A stretch of DNA of 64,000 bases from NCBI GenBank assembly GCA_963783575.1, contig CAWAOD010000018.1:96001-160000 (forward strand), written 5' to 3'. Position 1 is the stretch's first letter. Every line of letters starts with the position of its first letter. This stretch comes from an uncultured Spirochaetota bacterium (GTDB lineage Bacteria; Spirochaetota; Brevinematia; Brevinematales; JAOACQ01). This document shows positions 20,107 through 30,461 of the stretch, piece after piece. The notes below the pieces were generated by a model. The model saw only the letters and a program-made list of their open reading frames with translations. It searched no databases and had not been told where the DNA came from. The position numbers were made by a program, and so were the translations under genes.

Positions 20107-22275
20107 TTATAACTTAATTACAATTAAAGTGATATCGTCAAATTGTTCTTTCCCTTCGGTAAAAACCTCAACTTCGCAAATAACTAAATCGGTTATCTCC
20201 TTAGCTGACTTATTAGAATTAATCTTAATTATGTTTTGCAGTCTCTCCAATCCAAATTCCTGTTCATTATTATTTATTGCTTCCGTGATTCCATCGGAAT
20301 AAAGAATAAAAATACTATTATTATCAAATTGATATTCATCTATTATGAATTGTTCTTCAACAAAAATGCCTGCAGGTTTTGAATTAGCTTTTAATGATTC
20401 GAATGATTTATCCAAAATATTGTAAATGATCATAGGATAATGCCCTGCATTTGTATAAAATAAAGTCTTAATCGAATTGTCGATAAATCCGCAAAATATC
20501 GTTGCAAAGCTCATTGTTTTTGTCAACCGCCGTTCATACTGGCTAGACGTTAGAACTTCATTGATTTTTGAAACAATAGCATTGGTAGATACTGATGAAA
20601 ATTCCTGACTTTTTGCAATCGTGTGAATTACCATTGATACAAGCGCAGCTGAAAAACCCTTTCCTGAAACATCTGCTATAAGTACTCCAAGTTTATGATC
20701 CCCGGTTTTTTGTATAAGGAAATAATCACCGCTTACTTCAAGTGCCGGTTTCTCATATCCGAAAACATCAATATTATCAAACTCTGGGATAAATTTCTGA
20801 AATATTGATTCCTGTATTTCCGATGCCAGATTTAAATCGCGTTTTGTAATCTTTGCTTCCTGTTCTTTATCAAACAAAATAATATTATTAACAATAATCT
20901 GAATTATTTTTTTCAGCTTATTCATTAACTCAAGTTCTTTATTTGTATAAGAATTATTATCAAGTTTGCTCGCAATATTAATTAATACAATAAGATTTTT
21001 ATCATAAAAAACCGGAATAATCAACGATGCCTCATAATTTTCGAAATATCTTTCGGCTATATCTCGAATATTTGAGAACCGTGGATCAAAATTAATTATT
21101 TCTCTGTCATAAATTTCGGTTTCCGGTGTTATGCGTCTGAAAAAAGGATCAATAGCCGATATCTCATAATTTCTGTTATTTGATGAATAAATTACTTTAA
21201 ATATATCCGATTCTTTTTCAAAAAATAAAAAATCCGCATTCCTGCAGTTAATATTCTCTATCAGAATATATATCGCTTTCTGAGCTAATTCATATACATT
21301 GTGAGATGATCCGATCCTGTCAAGAAAAACCTCCGTTATATCCCTATTCTCATTTTCAAAATTAAAAATTTTTTTGATTAAATTCATTGAAAGGTAATAA
21401 AGCCAGAAAAATAGGATCAATCCTGGTGCCATAATAATAAAATAAAATAATGGATGAATAATGGCCATCCAGCCTCTAATAACCAGCAGGAGTGATGTCA
21501 GAAAAACCGTTATTAAAATTCCAATTGTAAAATCTCGAAATAATATTACAATCCGCATTCTTAAATTATAAAACCTGTAGCTTATGACCGAATAAAGCAG
21601 ACTGGCTCCAGTCGTTATAAATGCAAGACTTATAATTAAATACGAGACTGCTTCAGGCAAAAATATTTTGAATGTTCTTTCAAAAACAAGTAAAAAAACA
21701 AAAAAAAGTAAGCCACTGATAAAATACCTGATCTGTTTTTTTTGATAAATTAATTTTACAGAATTGTATTTGAAGCCAATTTGTATTATGGAATAAACTG
21801 ATAGTGCAATTGAAAAGCCGGACATTACCCAGTGCATTAAATTATATTCAAGGCGAATATCTAAAATTTTACCGCTAAGTTTATTATCGTTAATAATATA
21901 ATCATATTTGTTAATATCCAAACCAAATACATTTAAAATAACAAAAATTAATGTGATTACTAGAAAAAACAAAATCAAACGGTAATTATTATTTATTTTT
22001 TTATCCCTGGGAAAATGGTTTGAGAAAAAGAAAAAAGAAAAGCCAAGAAATGAAAGTGCCGCCGTATAAGTCCTGATCATTATCAAAGTAAAAAGCCTTG
22101 AATTACCTAGTAAAAATAGTTCTTCCAAACCCTCGCTTCCTATGATAATCGATGCTGTAAAAAGCAACAAAGCTGTTGCCATATTCAAAATACTCGTACT
22201 TTTTAAAAGACTTTCTATAGCCATAGCTATTAAAATACAGGCTGCAGAAACAAGAAATAAATAAGCAATTGTCAT
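20107..22275 (-). CDS. Membrane-bound SpoIIE/RsbU-type PP2C phosphatase with GAF-like domain
   Basis: Multiple N-terminal TMs; VSGDYF, IADVSGKGFSAAL, NAGH, YSDGITEA, DDITL motifs. Confidence 0.88.
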   Translation of the reverse strand: MTIAYLFLVSAACILIAMAIESLLKSTSILNMATALLLFTASIIIGSEGLEELFLLGNSRLFTLIMIRTYTAALSFLGFSFFFFSNHFPRDKKINNNYRLILFFLVITLIFVILNVFGLDINKYDYIINDNKLSGKILDIRLEYNLMHWVMSGFSIALSVYSIIQIGFKYNSVKLIYQKKQIRYFISGLLFFVFLLVFERTFKIFLPEAVSYLIISLAFITTGASLLYSVISYRFYNLRMRIVILFRDFTIGILITVFLTSLLLVIRGWMAIIHPLFYFIIMAPGLILFFWLYYLSMNLIKKIFNFENENRDITEVFLDRIGSSHNVYELAQKAIYILIENINCRNADFLFFEKESDIFKVIYSSNNRNYEISAIDPFFRRITPETEIYDREIINFDPRFSNIRDIAERYFENYEASLIIPVFYDKNLIVLINIASKLDNNSYTNKELELMNKLKKIIQIIVNNIILFDKEQEAKITKRDLNLASEIQESIFQKFIPEFDNIDVFGYEKPALEVSGDYFLIQKTGDHKLGVLIADVSGKGFSAALVSMVIHTIAKSQEFSSVSTNAIVSKINEVLTSSQYERRLTKTMSFATIFCGFIDNSIKTLFYTNAGHYPMIIYNILDKSFESLKANSKPAGIFVEEQFIIDEYQFDNNSIFILYSDGITEAINNNEQEFGLERLQNIIKINSNKSAKEITDLVICEVEVFTEGKEQFDDITLIVIKL

Positions 22276-22470
22276 TCTAAATTCTCCGGTTTATCTAATA
22301 TGAATTTAATAATAATATTTTATAATATTATAACAGAAATGGCATGGTTTATAATACAAATTTTTAAAATATACAGTTTGTAATAATAAAATGCCATTAC
22401 TAATTATTTTTTGTAATTAATAATGAATTTATGCCGATGGATAATAAAATATATTAATCAGGGGTTAATT

Positions 22471-23319
22471 ATGGTAAGAGGTATATATACTGGCGCAAGC
22501 GGAATGATGGTTACTATGGAAGAAATGAATACTGTGGCAAATAATCTTGCCAATGTTAATACGGATGGATATAAAAGGGAAACAAGCGTAACAAAATCAT
22601 TTCCTGAACTTTTAATCCGTCGAATAGATGACGACGGTGTTGTAAAATTTCCACTTGGCAGCTATGACCTGGCTCCAGTTGCAGGAAAACTCGGAACAGG
22701 TGTGGAATTCAACGAATCATATATTCGCTATGAACAAGGCAGCATGCTTGAAACCGGAAATGATTTCGACCTGGCTCTTGAAGGTGGCGGTTTCTTAACC
22801 GTAATGACCGAAGATGGCGAAAGATATACAAGGAACGGTAATTTTAAAATCAGTAATGAAGGATATCTTGTTGATTCTCGTGGAAACAAAGTAATGGGTG
22901 AAAATGGGGATATCAAAATATCACAAAATAATTTCCAAATTGACAAAGATGGCAATATCTATATAAACTCAGATTATAAACCTGAGGATTTTGTAGATAA
23001 AGCAGGAAATGAATGGAAAGGATTGACAAAAATCGACCGGTTGAAAGTGGTTGATTTTCCCGAAAGGAGATACCTCGAAAAAGAGGGAAATACAATGTAT
23101 AAAGAAAGTGATTTTTCAGGGTTAGCCTTTGTTGCAGAGGGGGATTTGCGGCCGAAAATCCACCAGGGGTTTCTTGAAAAATCCAATGTCGATCCCGTTG
23201 TTGAAATGACAAGGATGATAGAAATCAACCGTCTTTATGAAGCAAATCAGAAAGTGATTCAGACTGGTGATGATATGCTGAATAAGGCAATCAACCAGGT
23301 CGGCAGGGGCATGGCATAA
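22471..23319 (+). CDS. flgF: Flagellar basal-body rod protein FlgF (FlhO-like)
   Basis: MVRGIYTGASGM, VANNLANVNTDGYKRE, DLALEGGGF, YTRNGNF, GFLEKSNVDPVVEMTRMIEINRLYEANQK; insertion RRIDDDGVVKFPLGSYDLAP of the kind I recall from spirochaete homologues. Confidence 0.82.
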   Translation: MVRGIYTGASGMMVTMEEMNTVANNLANVNTDGYKRETSVTKSFPELLIRRIDDDGVVKFPLGSYDLAPVAGKLGTGVEFNESYIRYEQGSMLETGNDFDLALEGGGFLTVMTEDGERYTRNGNFKISNEGYLVDSRGNKVMGENGDIKISQNNFQIDKDGNIYINSDYKPEDFVDKAGNEWKGLTKIDRLKVVDFPERRYLEKEGNTMYKESDFSGLAFVAEGDLRPKIHQGFLEKSNVDPVVEMTRMIEINRLYEANQKVIQTGDDMLNKAINQVGRGMA

Positions 23320-23336
23320 ATAAATTATTTCATTAT

Positions 23337-23374
23337 AAAAAAAAGGCGGTATTTAAATTTTACCGCCTTTTTTT
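23337..23374 (+). terminator. Intrinsic terminator after flgF
   Basis: A8-GGCGGTA-TTTAAATTT-TACCGCC-T7. Confidence 0.85.
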
Positions 23375-23394
23375 ATTATTAATACATTTTACTT

Positions 23395-23423
23395 TTGACT
23401 TTTTAATAAGCCTTGTATAAAAT
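23395..23423 (+). promoter_or_regulatory. Sigma70-type promoter of galT
   Basis: TTGACT - 17 nt - TAAAAT. Confidence 0.55.
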
Positions 23424-23454
23424 CATTCTGGAAATTAATTATTAGGATACAATT

Positions 23455-24468
23455 ATGCCGCAGTTAAGACAAAACATTATTTTAAAAGAATGGGTGATAA
23501 TTGCTACTGAAAGAGCTAAAAGACCAGAGCAGTTAAAAGAAAATAAAAATATTAAGGATGTAAAACTTCCGGAATATGATGCTGAATGTCCATTATGCCT
23601 GGGAAATGAAATTAAAAGCGGCAATATTACTGAACTCTACCGTATTGGAAGTAAGGAAAACTGGAAACTCCGTGTTATACCCAACAAATATCCCGCATTG
23701 CTGCACATTAAGGAAGATTTTAATATCAATACATCTGGTATGGAAAGATGTATGGATGGAATTGGGAATCACGAAGTATTAATCGAATCACCAAAGCATA
23801 ACCTTACTATTGCAACAATGGAAACTGAAAATGTACATGATATTCTTAGTTCTTATCAAAATAGGATAAAAACTTTAATGGAGCTTGAATATATTGAATC
23901 CGTAATACCTTTCCGCAACAATGGTACAAGGGCCGGAGCTTCTTTAATCCATCCGCATTCACAAATCATTGCTTTACCAGTTATACCGAGGGATATTTTT
24001 TCAAGGATGAACGAAAGCATCAGGTATCATGAAGAACATCGTGAATGTATATTCTGTAAGGTTCTGAAATCCGAGCTGGATTCCCGGCAAAGGATAGTAA
24101 TAGACACAAAACATTTTGCGGTATTTGTTCCATATGCAGCATATTCTCCGTTTGCATTATGGATATATCCAAAAAGGCATTCTTCGTCATTTTGTGATGT
24201 CAATAACGAAGAATTACTGGAACTTTCATCCGTTTTAAGAACAAGCTTGAGGAAACTATACATAGGTTTGAATGATCCGGATTATAACTATATTATTCGT
24301 ACATCACCCAAAGGTTATACCAATTCGGTTTTTTTCCATTGGTATATGACAATTATACCCAGATTAACAAGAACCGCAGGATTTGAACTGGGATCGGGCA
24401 TGTTTATAAATCCCAGCATACCCGAAGAAAATGCCGAGTATTTAAGAAACATCAATACTGAAGGCTGA
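23455..24468 (+). CDS. galT: Galactose-1-phosphate uridylyltransferase (GalT/HIT family)
   Basis: WVIIATERAKRP, CPLCLGNE, RVIPNKYPAL, GASLIHPHSQ, CIFC, AGFELGSGMFINP. Confidence 0.9.
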   Translation: MPQLRQNIILKEWVIIATERAKRPEQLKENKNIKDVKLPEYDAECPLCLGNEIKSGNITELYRIGSKENWKLRVIPNKYPALLHIKEDFNINTSGMERCMDGIGNHEVLIESPKHNLTIATMETENVHDILSSYQNRIKTLMELEYIESVIPFRNNGTRAGASLIHPHSQIIALPVIPRDIFSRMNESIRYHEEHRECIFCKVLKSELDSRQRIVIDTKHFAVFVPYAAYSPFALWIYPKRHSSSFCDVNNEELLELSSVLRTSLRKLYIGLNDPDYNYIIRTSPKGYTNSVFFHWYMTIIPRLTRTAGFELGSGMFINPSIPEENAEYLRNINTEG

Positions 24469-24586
24469 TTCCCTTGACTTTTTAAATCAAATAGTTATAA
24501 TTTTTGTTATCATTTGATTATCATTTCAAAATCAATTAATTATTCATTTTCAATTCGGAATCAAAATATTTTTATAGGAGGATAGT

Positions 24587-25738
24587 ATGTTAAAAAGAGG
24601 TTTGAAAGCTTCTGTAGTTTTTGCAATTGTTTGTACAGTCGTATTAGTTGTTGTTTTGAGCGGTTGCGGAGGGGCAGGTAAATCTACAGCAAAGTATAAG
24701 ATCGGTCTTGTTTTTGATATCGGCGGCAGGGGTGATAAGTCATTCAACGATTCGGCATATGCTGGTTTAGTTGAAATAGCTACAAATTACAAGGGTTATA
24801 TCAAAGATTCACCCGACAAAATAAGTTACGGAAAAGATGTGGAAATCAAATTCCTCGAACCGAAAGCCGGTGGGCAGGACAGGGAACAGCTTTTAAGAGT
24901 ACTTGCTGAAGACAAATACAATTTGATTTACGGAATCGGATTTATGTTCACCGATGCCATAACAAAAGTCGCAAAGGATTTCCCAAATACGCATTTTGTG
25001 ATTATTGACGGTTATATTCCTGATTTAACAGATACCGCTAATATTACTTGTATTAGTTTTAAAGAAGAGGAAGGATCGTTCCTTGTAGGAGCCGCAGCCG
25101 GATTGCTGAATAACAAAGCAAAAATAGGGTTTGTGGGCGGTATGGACATTCCCCTCATTCATAAATTCCAGGCCGGTTATATGGCCGGGGCAATATATAT
25201 TAATAAAGAACTAAGGAAAAAAGGCATGATCCTTTCACAGTATATCGGTAAAGAACCGTCAGCTTTTAACGACGCTCCTTCAGCATATAATATAGCTGGA
25301 AATATGTACAAGCAGGGAGCTGCTATTGTTTATCATGCAGCAGGAGCTTCCGGTGCGGGTCTTTTCCAGGCAGCTGAAGAAGCAAAGAAACTTGCTATTG
25401 GCGTAGATTCCGACCAGGGTTTAATCTATTCATCGGATACAAACACGGCTATGCAGGCCAGGGGTAAATATATACTTACTTCAATGATAAAAAGAGTCGA
25501 TCAGGGTGTATTTCTTTCAGCAAAGAATTATCTTGATAATGGAAAATTCGCCGGCGGCTACATATCTTACGGCCTGAAAGAAAATGGTGTTGCTATCGCG
25601 GTTAACGACTTCAATAAAGATAAACTATCCGGAATTCTCGATAAAATTAATGATCTTTCACAAAAAATAGTAAACGGAGAGATTACTGTTCCCGATAATG
25701 ATACAAAGCTACCCGATTTTGAAAAAAAATTAAAATAA
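24587..25738 (+). CDS. BMP-family (PnrA/TmpC-like) ABC substrate-binding lipoprotein, probably nucleosides
   Basis: Lipobox LSG-C; GGRGDKSFNDSA, FKEEEGSFLVG, YHAAGASGAG, IGVDSDQ, TSMIKRVD. Confidence 0.9.
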   Translation: MLKRGLKASVVFAIVCTVVLVVVLSGCGGAGKSTAKYKIGLVFDIGGRGDKSFNDSAYAGLVEIATNYKGYIKDSPDKISYGKDVEIKFLEPKAGGQDREQLLRVLAEDKYNLIYGIGFMFTDAITKVAKDFPNTHFVIIDGYIPDLTDTANITCISFKEEEGSFLVGAAAGLLNNKAKIGFVGGMDIPLIHKFQAGYMAGAIYINKELRKKGMILSQYIGKEPSAFNDAPSAYNIAGNMYKQGAAIVYHAAGASGAGLFQAAEEAKKLAIGVDSDQGLIYSSDTNTAMQARGKYILTSMIKRVDQGVFLSAKNYLDNGKFAGGYISYGLKENGVAIAVNDFNKDKLSGILDKINDLSQKIVNGEITVPDNDTKLPDFEKKLK

Positions 25739-25747
25739 AATCTTAAC

Positions 25748-25784
25748 AAAAAAGCGAAATACTGAAAGGTATTTCGCTTTTTTT
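25748..25784 (+). terminator. Intra-operon terminator/stabiliser hairpin between the BMP gene and the ATPase gene
   Basis: A6-GCGAAATAC-TGAAAG-GTATTTCGC-T7. Confidence 0.75.
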
Positions 25785-25807
25785 AATTTATTTATCAGGA
25801 ATTAAAT

Positions 25808-27334
25808 ATGCCTGACATATTACTCAGAATGAATGAAATTACTAAAAGCTTTCCCGGTGTTTTGGCAAATGACAGGATTTCTTTCGATCTGTTTAGAGGA
25901 GAGATCCATGCGCTGGTTGGAGAGAACGGCGCCGGGAAAAGCACATTAATGAAAATATTATACGGTCTTTATAAGGCCGATTCGGGTGATCTATTAGTCA
26001 ACGGTAAGATAATATCAATAACAAAGCCAAAAAATGCAATACAATACGGAATTGGAATGGTACATCAGCACTTCATGCTTGTTCCGGTTTTTTCTGTTCT
26101 TGAAAACATAATCATCGGGCTTGAAACTCATACTTTTGGAATAATCAGAAAAAAAGAATGCATGAAAAAAATACAAAAAATTATGGATGACAATAAGCTA
26201 TTTGCAGATCTGAACGTACTTGTAGAAACCCTGCCAGTGGGACTGCAGCAGCGTGTGGAAATAATAAAAATACTATACAGGGGAGCTGATATTCTAATAT
26301 TTGACGAACCAACGGCAGTTTTGACCCCTCAGGAAGTTGTCGAGCTCTTTAAAACATTAAAAGAATTAAAATCAAGGGGCAAGGGTATCATTTTTATCAG
26401 CCATAAACTGGATGAAGTTATTGATATTGCAGATAGAATCACAGTTTTGAGAAACGGTAGAGTAATAAAATCAATGCCCAAGGTAGAAGCCACAAAATCA
26501 ATGCTTGCGGAATTGATGGTGGGAAAACCGGTTCTTTTAAATGTCTTAATACCTCCTATGAACCCTGGAAATACAATTATAAAAATTAAAAATCTTACTA
26601 AAACAAGTATTAATGGATTTAAGATACTGGATAATGTGAATATTAATATAAAGGAAGGAGAAATATACGGAATAGCAGGTGTGGAAGGGAACGGTCAATC
26701 AGCATTGATAAACGCGATAATCGGCCAGGATAAAAATTATACGGGTGAAATTGATCTATGCGGTGAAAACATTAAAAATCTTTCAATCAGGCAAAAAAGA
26801 GAGAAGGGAATAGCGTTTATCCCTGAGGACCGTCATAAATACGGTCTTTATCTCCCTTTCTCAATTGAGGAAAATTCAGTTATCGGAAGACACCATAAAG
26901 CCCCTTTTGTGAATAAATTTCAGATAATAAATAAAATTGCCATACGTGATTTTGCGAAGGAAATAATTTCCCGTTTCGATATCAGAACCTCTTCAGAAAA
27001 AAAGATAGCGCATGCTCTTTCAGGTGGAAATCAACAGAAGGTTATTGTTGCAAGGGAAATCAGCGCAAACCCTAAATTGATGATCGCTTCTCAGCCAACC
27101 AGAGGTGTTGATATAGGTGCAAGCGAATTTATTCACAATCAGCTTGTGAATTCCAGGAATGAAAAAAAGGCAGTCTTACTTGTCTCGGCGGATTTAGACG
27201 AGATAATTTCCCTTTCCGATAGGATCGGAGTTATTTATAAAGGGAAAATTATTCAGGTATTTACACGAGAAAACGCCGTTAAAGAAAAAATCGGGTTTTA
27301 CATGATGGGGGATAAAGATGAAGCCTCTCACTGA
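25808..27334 (+). CDS. Sugar/nucleoside ABC transporter ATP-binding protein (two ABC domains)
   Basis: GENGAGKST, VHQHFML, FDEPTAVL, FISHKL, IPEDR, LSGGNQQK, QPTRGVDIGA. Confidence 0.93.
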   Translation: MPDILLRMNEITKSFPGVLANDRISFDLFRGEIHALVGENGAGKSTLMKILYGLYKADSGDLLVNGKIISITKPKNAIQYGIGMVHQHFMLVPVFSVLENIIIGLETHTFGIIRKKECMKKIQKIMDDNKLFADLNVLVETLPVGLQQRVEIIKILYRGADILIFDEPTAVLTPQEVVELFKTLKELKSRGKGIIFISHKLDEVIDIADRITVLRNGRVIKSMPKVEATKSMLAELMVGKPVLLNVLIPPMNPGNTIIKIKNLTKTSINGFKILDNVNINIKEGEIYGIAGVEGNGQSALINAIIGQDKNYTGEIDLCGENIKNLSIRQKREKGIAFIPEDRHKYGLYLPFSIEENSVIGRHHKAPFVNKFQIINKIAIRDFAKEIISRFDIRTSSEKKIAHALSGGNQQKVIVAREISANPKLMIASQPTRGVDIGASEFIHNQLVNSRNEKKAVLLVSADLDEIISLSDRIGVIYKGKIIQVFTRENAVKEKIGFYMMGDKDEASH

Positions 27335-28454
27335 ACCATCGATTGGTAAAAAACAGATACTGAAAAATATTGACAAATACAGCGTTTATGAAGCTTTGTC
27401 ACCAATTCTGGGTTTTTTTGCCTCGCTTCTGGTATTATTAATAATCATAATCGCCGTAAGGGAAAATCCAGCTGATGCTTTTATTGGAATCTACCAATTC
27501 TGTTTCAGTTCAACGGCAAAAATATTCACGATATTTTCCATATCAATTCCTTTATTCTTTGCCGGTCTCGCGACTGCCCTTGCATTTCGGGCTGGAGTTT
27601 TCAATATCGGCGTTGAAGGGCAATATTTTATCGGGGGCCTGACGGGAGCCTTAGCAGGAATTTATCTTCATCTGCCAGTATATATCCATATTCCTGTGGT
27701 AATAATCATGGCAATGGCAGGCGGAGCCTTATGGGCTTTAATTCCAGCTTTATTAAAGGCCTTCAGGGGTATTCATGAAGTAATCTCTACCATCATGTTT
27801 AATAATATCGCACTTGCACTGGTTAATTATCTGGTTAATTCTCCATTATCAGGAATGGAAAAAGGGCATAGCCTCGAGCCTCAAACTCAAAAAATTCAAT
27901 CTACAGCCCTTTTTGGAAAGCTAAATTTCATTTTTCAGGCAGTAGGTCTCGATGTTCCAAATCATGTTTATATGGATTATAGTTTAATCATTGCTATTAT
28001 AACAGGCTTTATGGCCTGGTTTATTATATATAAGACAAGATATGGCTTTGAGATTAAGGGAGTGGGTACTTCAATAACAGTCTCTGAGTACGCAGGGATA
28101 AATGTTAAAAGAATCCAGATTGGAGGTTTTATTGCCAGTGGTGCAATTGCAGGTTTGGTAGGACTTCAGGAAATTTTCGCAATCCGCGGCTTTTATACAT
28201 ATCAAATTGCTTCCGGATTAGGATTTGATGGAATAGCAATTGCTTTGATTGGCAAGAATTCACCTGTGGGAGTTGTTATTGCCTCCATACTTTTTGCTTT
28301 TTTAAAGCAGGCTGGTTACGGTCTTCAGTTTAATACTTCTGTTCCAAATTCAGTAATTAATGTAATAACCGGATTAATGATTTTGTTTATTGTTGTTATT
28401 AATGAGGTTGTCGCCCGCTATATTAAAAACCTCAGGAAAAAGGAGGCTAATTAA
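27318..28454 (+). CDS. Nucleoside ABC transporter permease
   Basis: FRAGVFNIGVEGQ, IHEVISTIMFN, GFDGIAIALIGKNSP. Confidence 0.9.
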   Translation: MKPLTEPSIGKKQILKNIDKYSVYEALSPILGFFASLLVLLIIIIAVRENPADAFIGIYQFCFSSTAKIFTIFSISIPLFFAGLATALAFRAGVFNIGVEGQYFIGGLTGALAGIYLHLPVYIHIPVVIIMAMAGGALWALIPALLKAFRGIHEVISTIMFNNIALALVNYLVNSPLSGMEKGHSLEPQTQKIQSTALFGKLNFIFQAVGLDVPNHVYMDYSLIIAIITGFMAWFIIYKTRYGFEIKGVGTSITVSEYAGINVKRIQIGGFIASGAIAGLVGLQEIFAIRGFYTYQIASGLGFDGIAIALIGKNSPVGVVIASILFAFLKQAGYGLQFNTSVPNSVINVITGLMILFIVVINEVVARYIKNLRKKEAN

Positions 28455-28455
28455 T

Positions 28456-29332
28456 ATGGATATGTCCGTGTTAATTTATTTTATATTAAAAGGTCTTGAA
28501 ATTTCATCCCCGATCGCGTTTGCTGCGCTTGGAGGTGTCTTTTCTGAAAAAAGCGGTGTTGTTAATATTGGACTAGAAGGTTTTATGATAGTAACTTCTT
28601 TTTTTATTGTATGGGCTTCACTTCTATATCATAATATCTGGATTGGTTTATCTGCTGCAGTAATTGCCGGTATCATTATGGCTTTGATACATGCAATAGT
28701 AAGCGTTACATTCAGGGTCGATCAGATTGTTTCCGGTGTAGCAATTAATATTTTTGCGCTGGGTTTAACAAGATTTTTATCACAAAAAATTTATGGCCAG
28801 GAAACTCAGACTCCGCCCAATCCCTATACTTTCTCCAAATTTTCAGACATTAATTCTTTTTCCCTGTGGTTAATACCGATAGCTATTTTAAGCTGGTTTA
28901 TATTAAATAAAACTGTGTTTGGGCTACGACTGAGGACGGTCGGAGAAAATCCCGAAGCAGCGGATACTCTTGGAATAAATGTATATTTAATGCGTTATAT
29001 AGGCGTGATGATTAGTGGAGTATTTTGTGGCCTTTCCGCTGCGACTTTATTTCCCTCGCAATGGGTTTCGGGTATGACCGCAGGTAGGGGGTTTATTGCC
29101 CTCGCCGCCATGATATTCGGAAGATGGGAGCCCTATTGGAGCTATTCTAGCATCTCTACTTTTCGGATATGCTGATACTTTCAGGATAATGTTTGAAACC
29201 AAGATTCAAATTCCAAGTCAGTTTATTCAGATGTTTCCGTATGTACTTGCTTTGATTGTACTTGCTGGTTTTATCGGCAGGGCAAGGGCTCCTGAAGCCG
29301 ATGGAAAACCTTATGAACCGAGCGAAGACTAG
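28456..29332 (+). CDS. Nucleoside ABC transporter permease 2 (frameshift at ~29126-29133)
   Basis: SEKSGVVNIGLEG, GENPEAADTLGINV, AGRGFIALAAMIFGRW. The conserved tail PIGAILASLLFG..PYVLAL..APEADGKPY continues in another frame to TAG 29330-29332. Confidence 0.88.
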
Positions 29333-29333
29333 C

Positions 29334-30461
29334 CTAGTATAATGCCATGTTGTCTATATGAACAACGCTTGAATATGTACTGTCCTCACCTAAAATGGTT
29401 TCCACTTCAAATGTTTTTTTCCCTGCAATTAATCTTATCTGATCCGAAGAATAATTTGATAATCCTATTGCGATATCCATATCATCAATATTATTTATAG
29501 ATACTGTGTCACCAGGTTTGAAATTTCCAGTGATTTTAACAATTCCGCTTGGTAAAAGACTTTTATGGTTCAGTACAGCCTTTACGGCTCCATTATCAAT
29601 ATAGATTATACCTTTTGGTTTTTTACCTGTTATCCAGCGTTTTTTATAATTAAGATTTTTACTTGTAGGTAAAAATATCGTTCCTTCCGAAAGATTATTA
29701 AAAATCTTTAAAAGGATATCTTCTTTAAATCCATTCGCAATAATTGCAGGTACACCGCTTATTGTTGTTGTTTTTGCCGCCTGAAGTTTTGTAACCATAC
29801 CACCCTTAGTGTAATTTTCCTCCTGTTTCCCCGCATGATTGGCGACCTGATTAACATTTCCTACAATTCTTATGAATTCCTGTCTTTCAGTATTATAATT
29901 TTGATAAAAACCATCAATATCTGAAAGCATAATATAAAGATCGGCATCTACAAGAAGAGTAACAAATGCCCCCAATCTGTCATTATCACCGACTTTTATC
30001 TCCTCAACCGCGACGGAATCATTTTCATTGATTACAGGCACAATATCCATTTCAAGCATCGAATTAAGAGTATTTCTAGCATTAAGATATGCTGAGCGAT
30101 TCTCGAATATATAATATGTAAGTAATACCTGTCCGACTTGAATATTGTATTTACTAAACTCTTTTTGAAAAAGATCCATCAGGTAAACCTGCCCCAATCC
30201 TGCAATCGCTTGTTTTTGGGAAACAGAAAGCTTGCTGACAATATCCCTGTTTCGGTACAATTGATAAATTCCTAGACCGATCGCCCCGCTTGCGGTTATA
30301 ATTACTTCAATGCCGTTCTTTTTAAGTTCAACAATATTTTTAATGATATTCTCTAAATTCTGACTGTTAACAGTAAACAAATCGGTAACTTGCTTTGTTC
30401 CTAACTTAACTACAATTCTTCCAACATCAATCTCAGATTGATCCGGCAGCCGTATTTTCAT
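29334..30461 (-). CDS. proB: Glutamate 5-kinase
   Basis: RIVVKLGT, SGAIGLG, PVINENDSV, GDNDRL, LSDIDG, GGMVTKL, C-terminal PUA domain. Confidence 0.94.
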   Translation of the reverse strand: MKIRLPDQSEIDVGRIVVKLGTKQVTDLFTVNSQNLENIIKNIVELKKNGIEVIITASGAIGLGIYQLYRNRDIVSKLSVSQKQAIAGLGQVYLMDLFQKEFSKYNIQVGQVLLTYYIFENRSAYLNARNTLNSMLEMDIVPVINENDSVAVEEIKVGDNDRLGAFVTLLVDADLYIMLSDIDGFYQNYNTERQEFIRIVGNVNQVANHAGKQEENYTKGGMVTKLQAAKTTTISGVPAIIANGFKEDILLKIFNNLSEGTIFLPTSKNLNYKKRWITGKKPKGIIYIDNGAVKAVLNHKSLLPSGIVKITGNFKPGDTVSINNIDDMDIAIGLSNYSSDQIRLIAGKKTFEVETILGEDSTYSSVVHIDNMALY

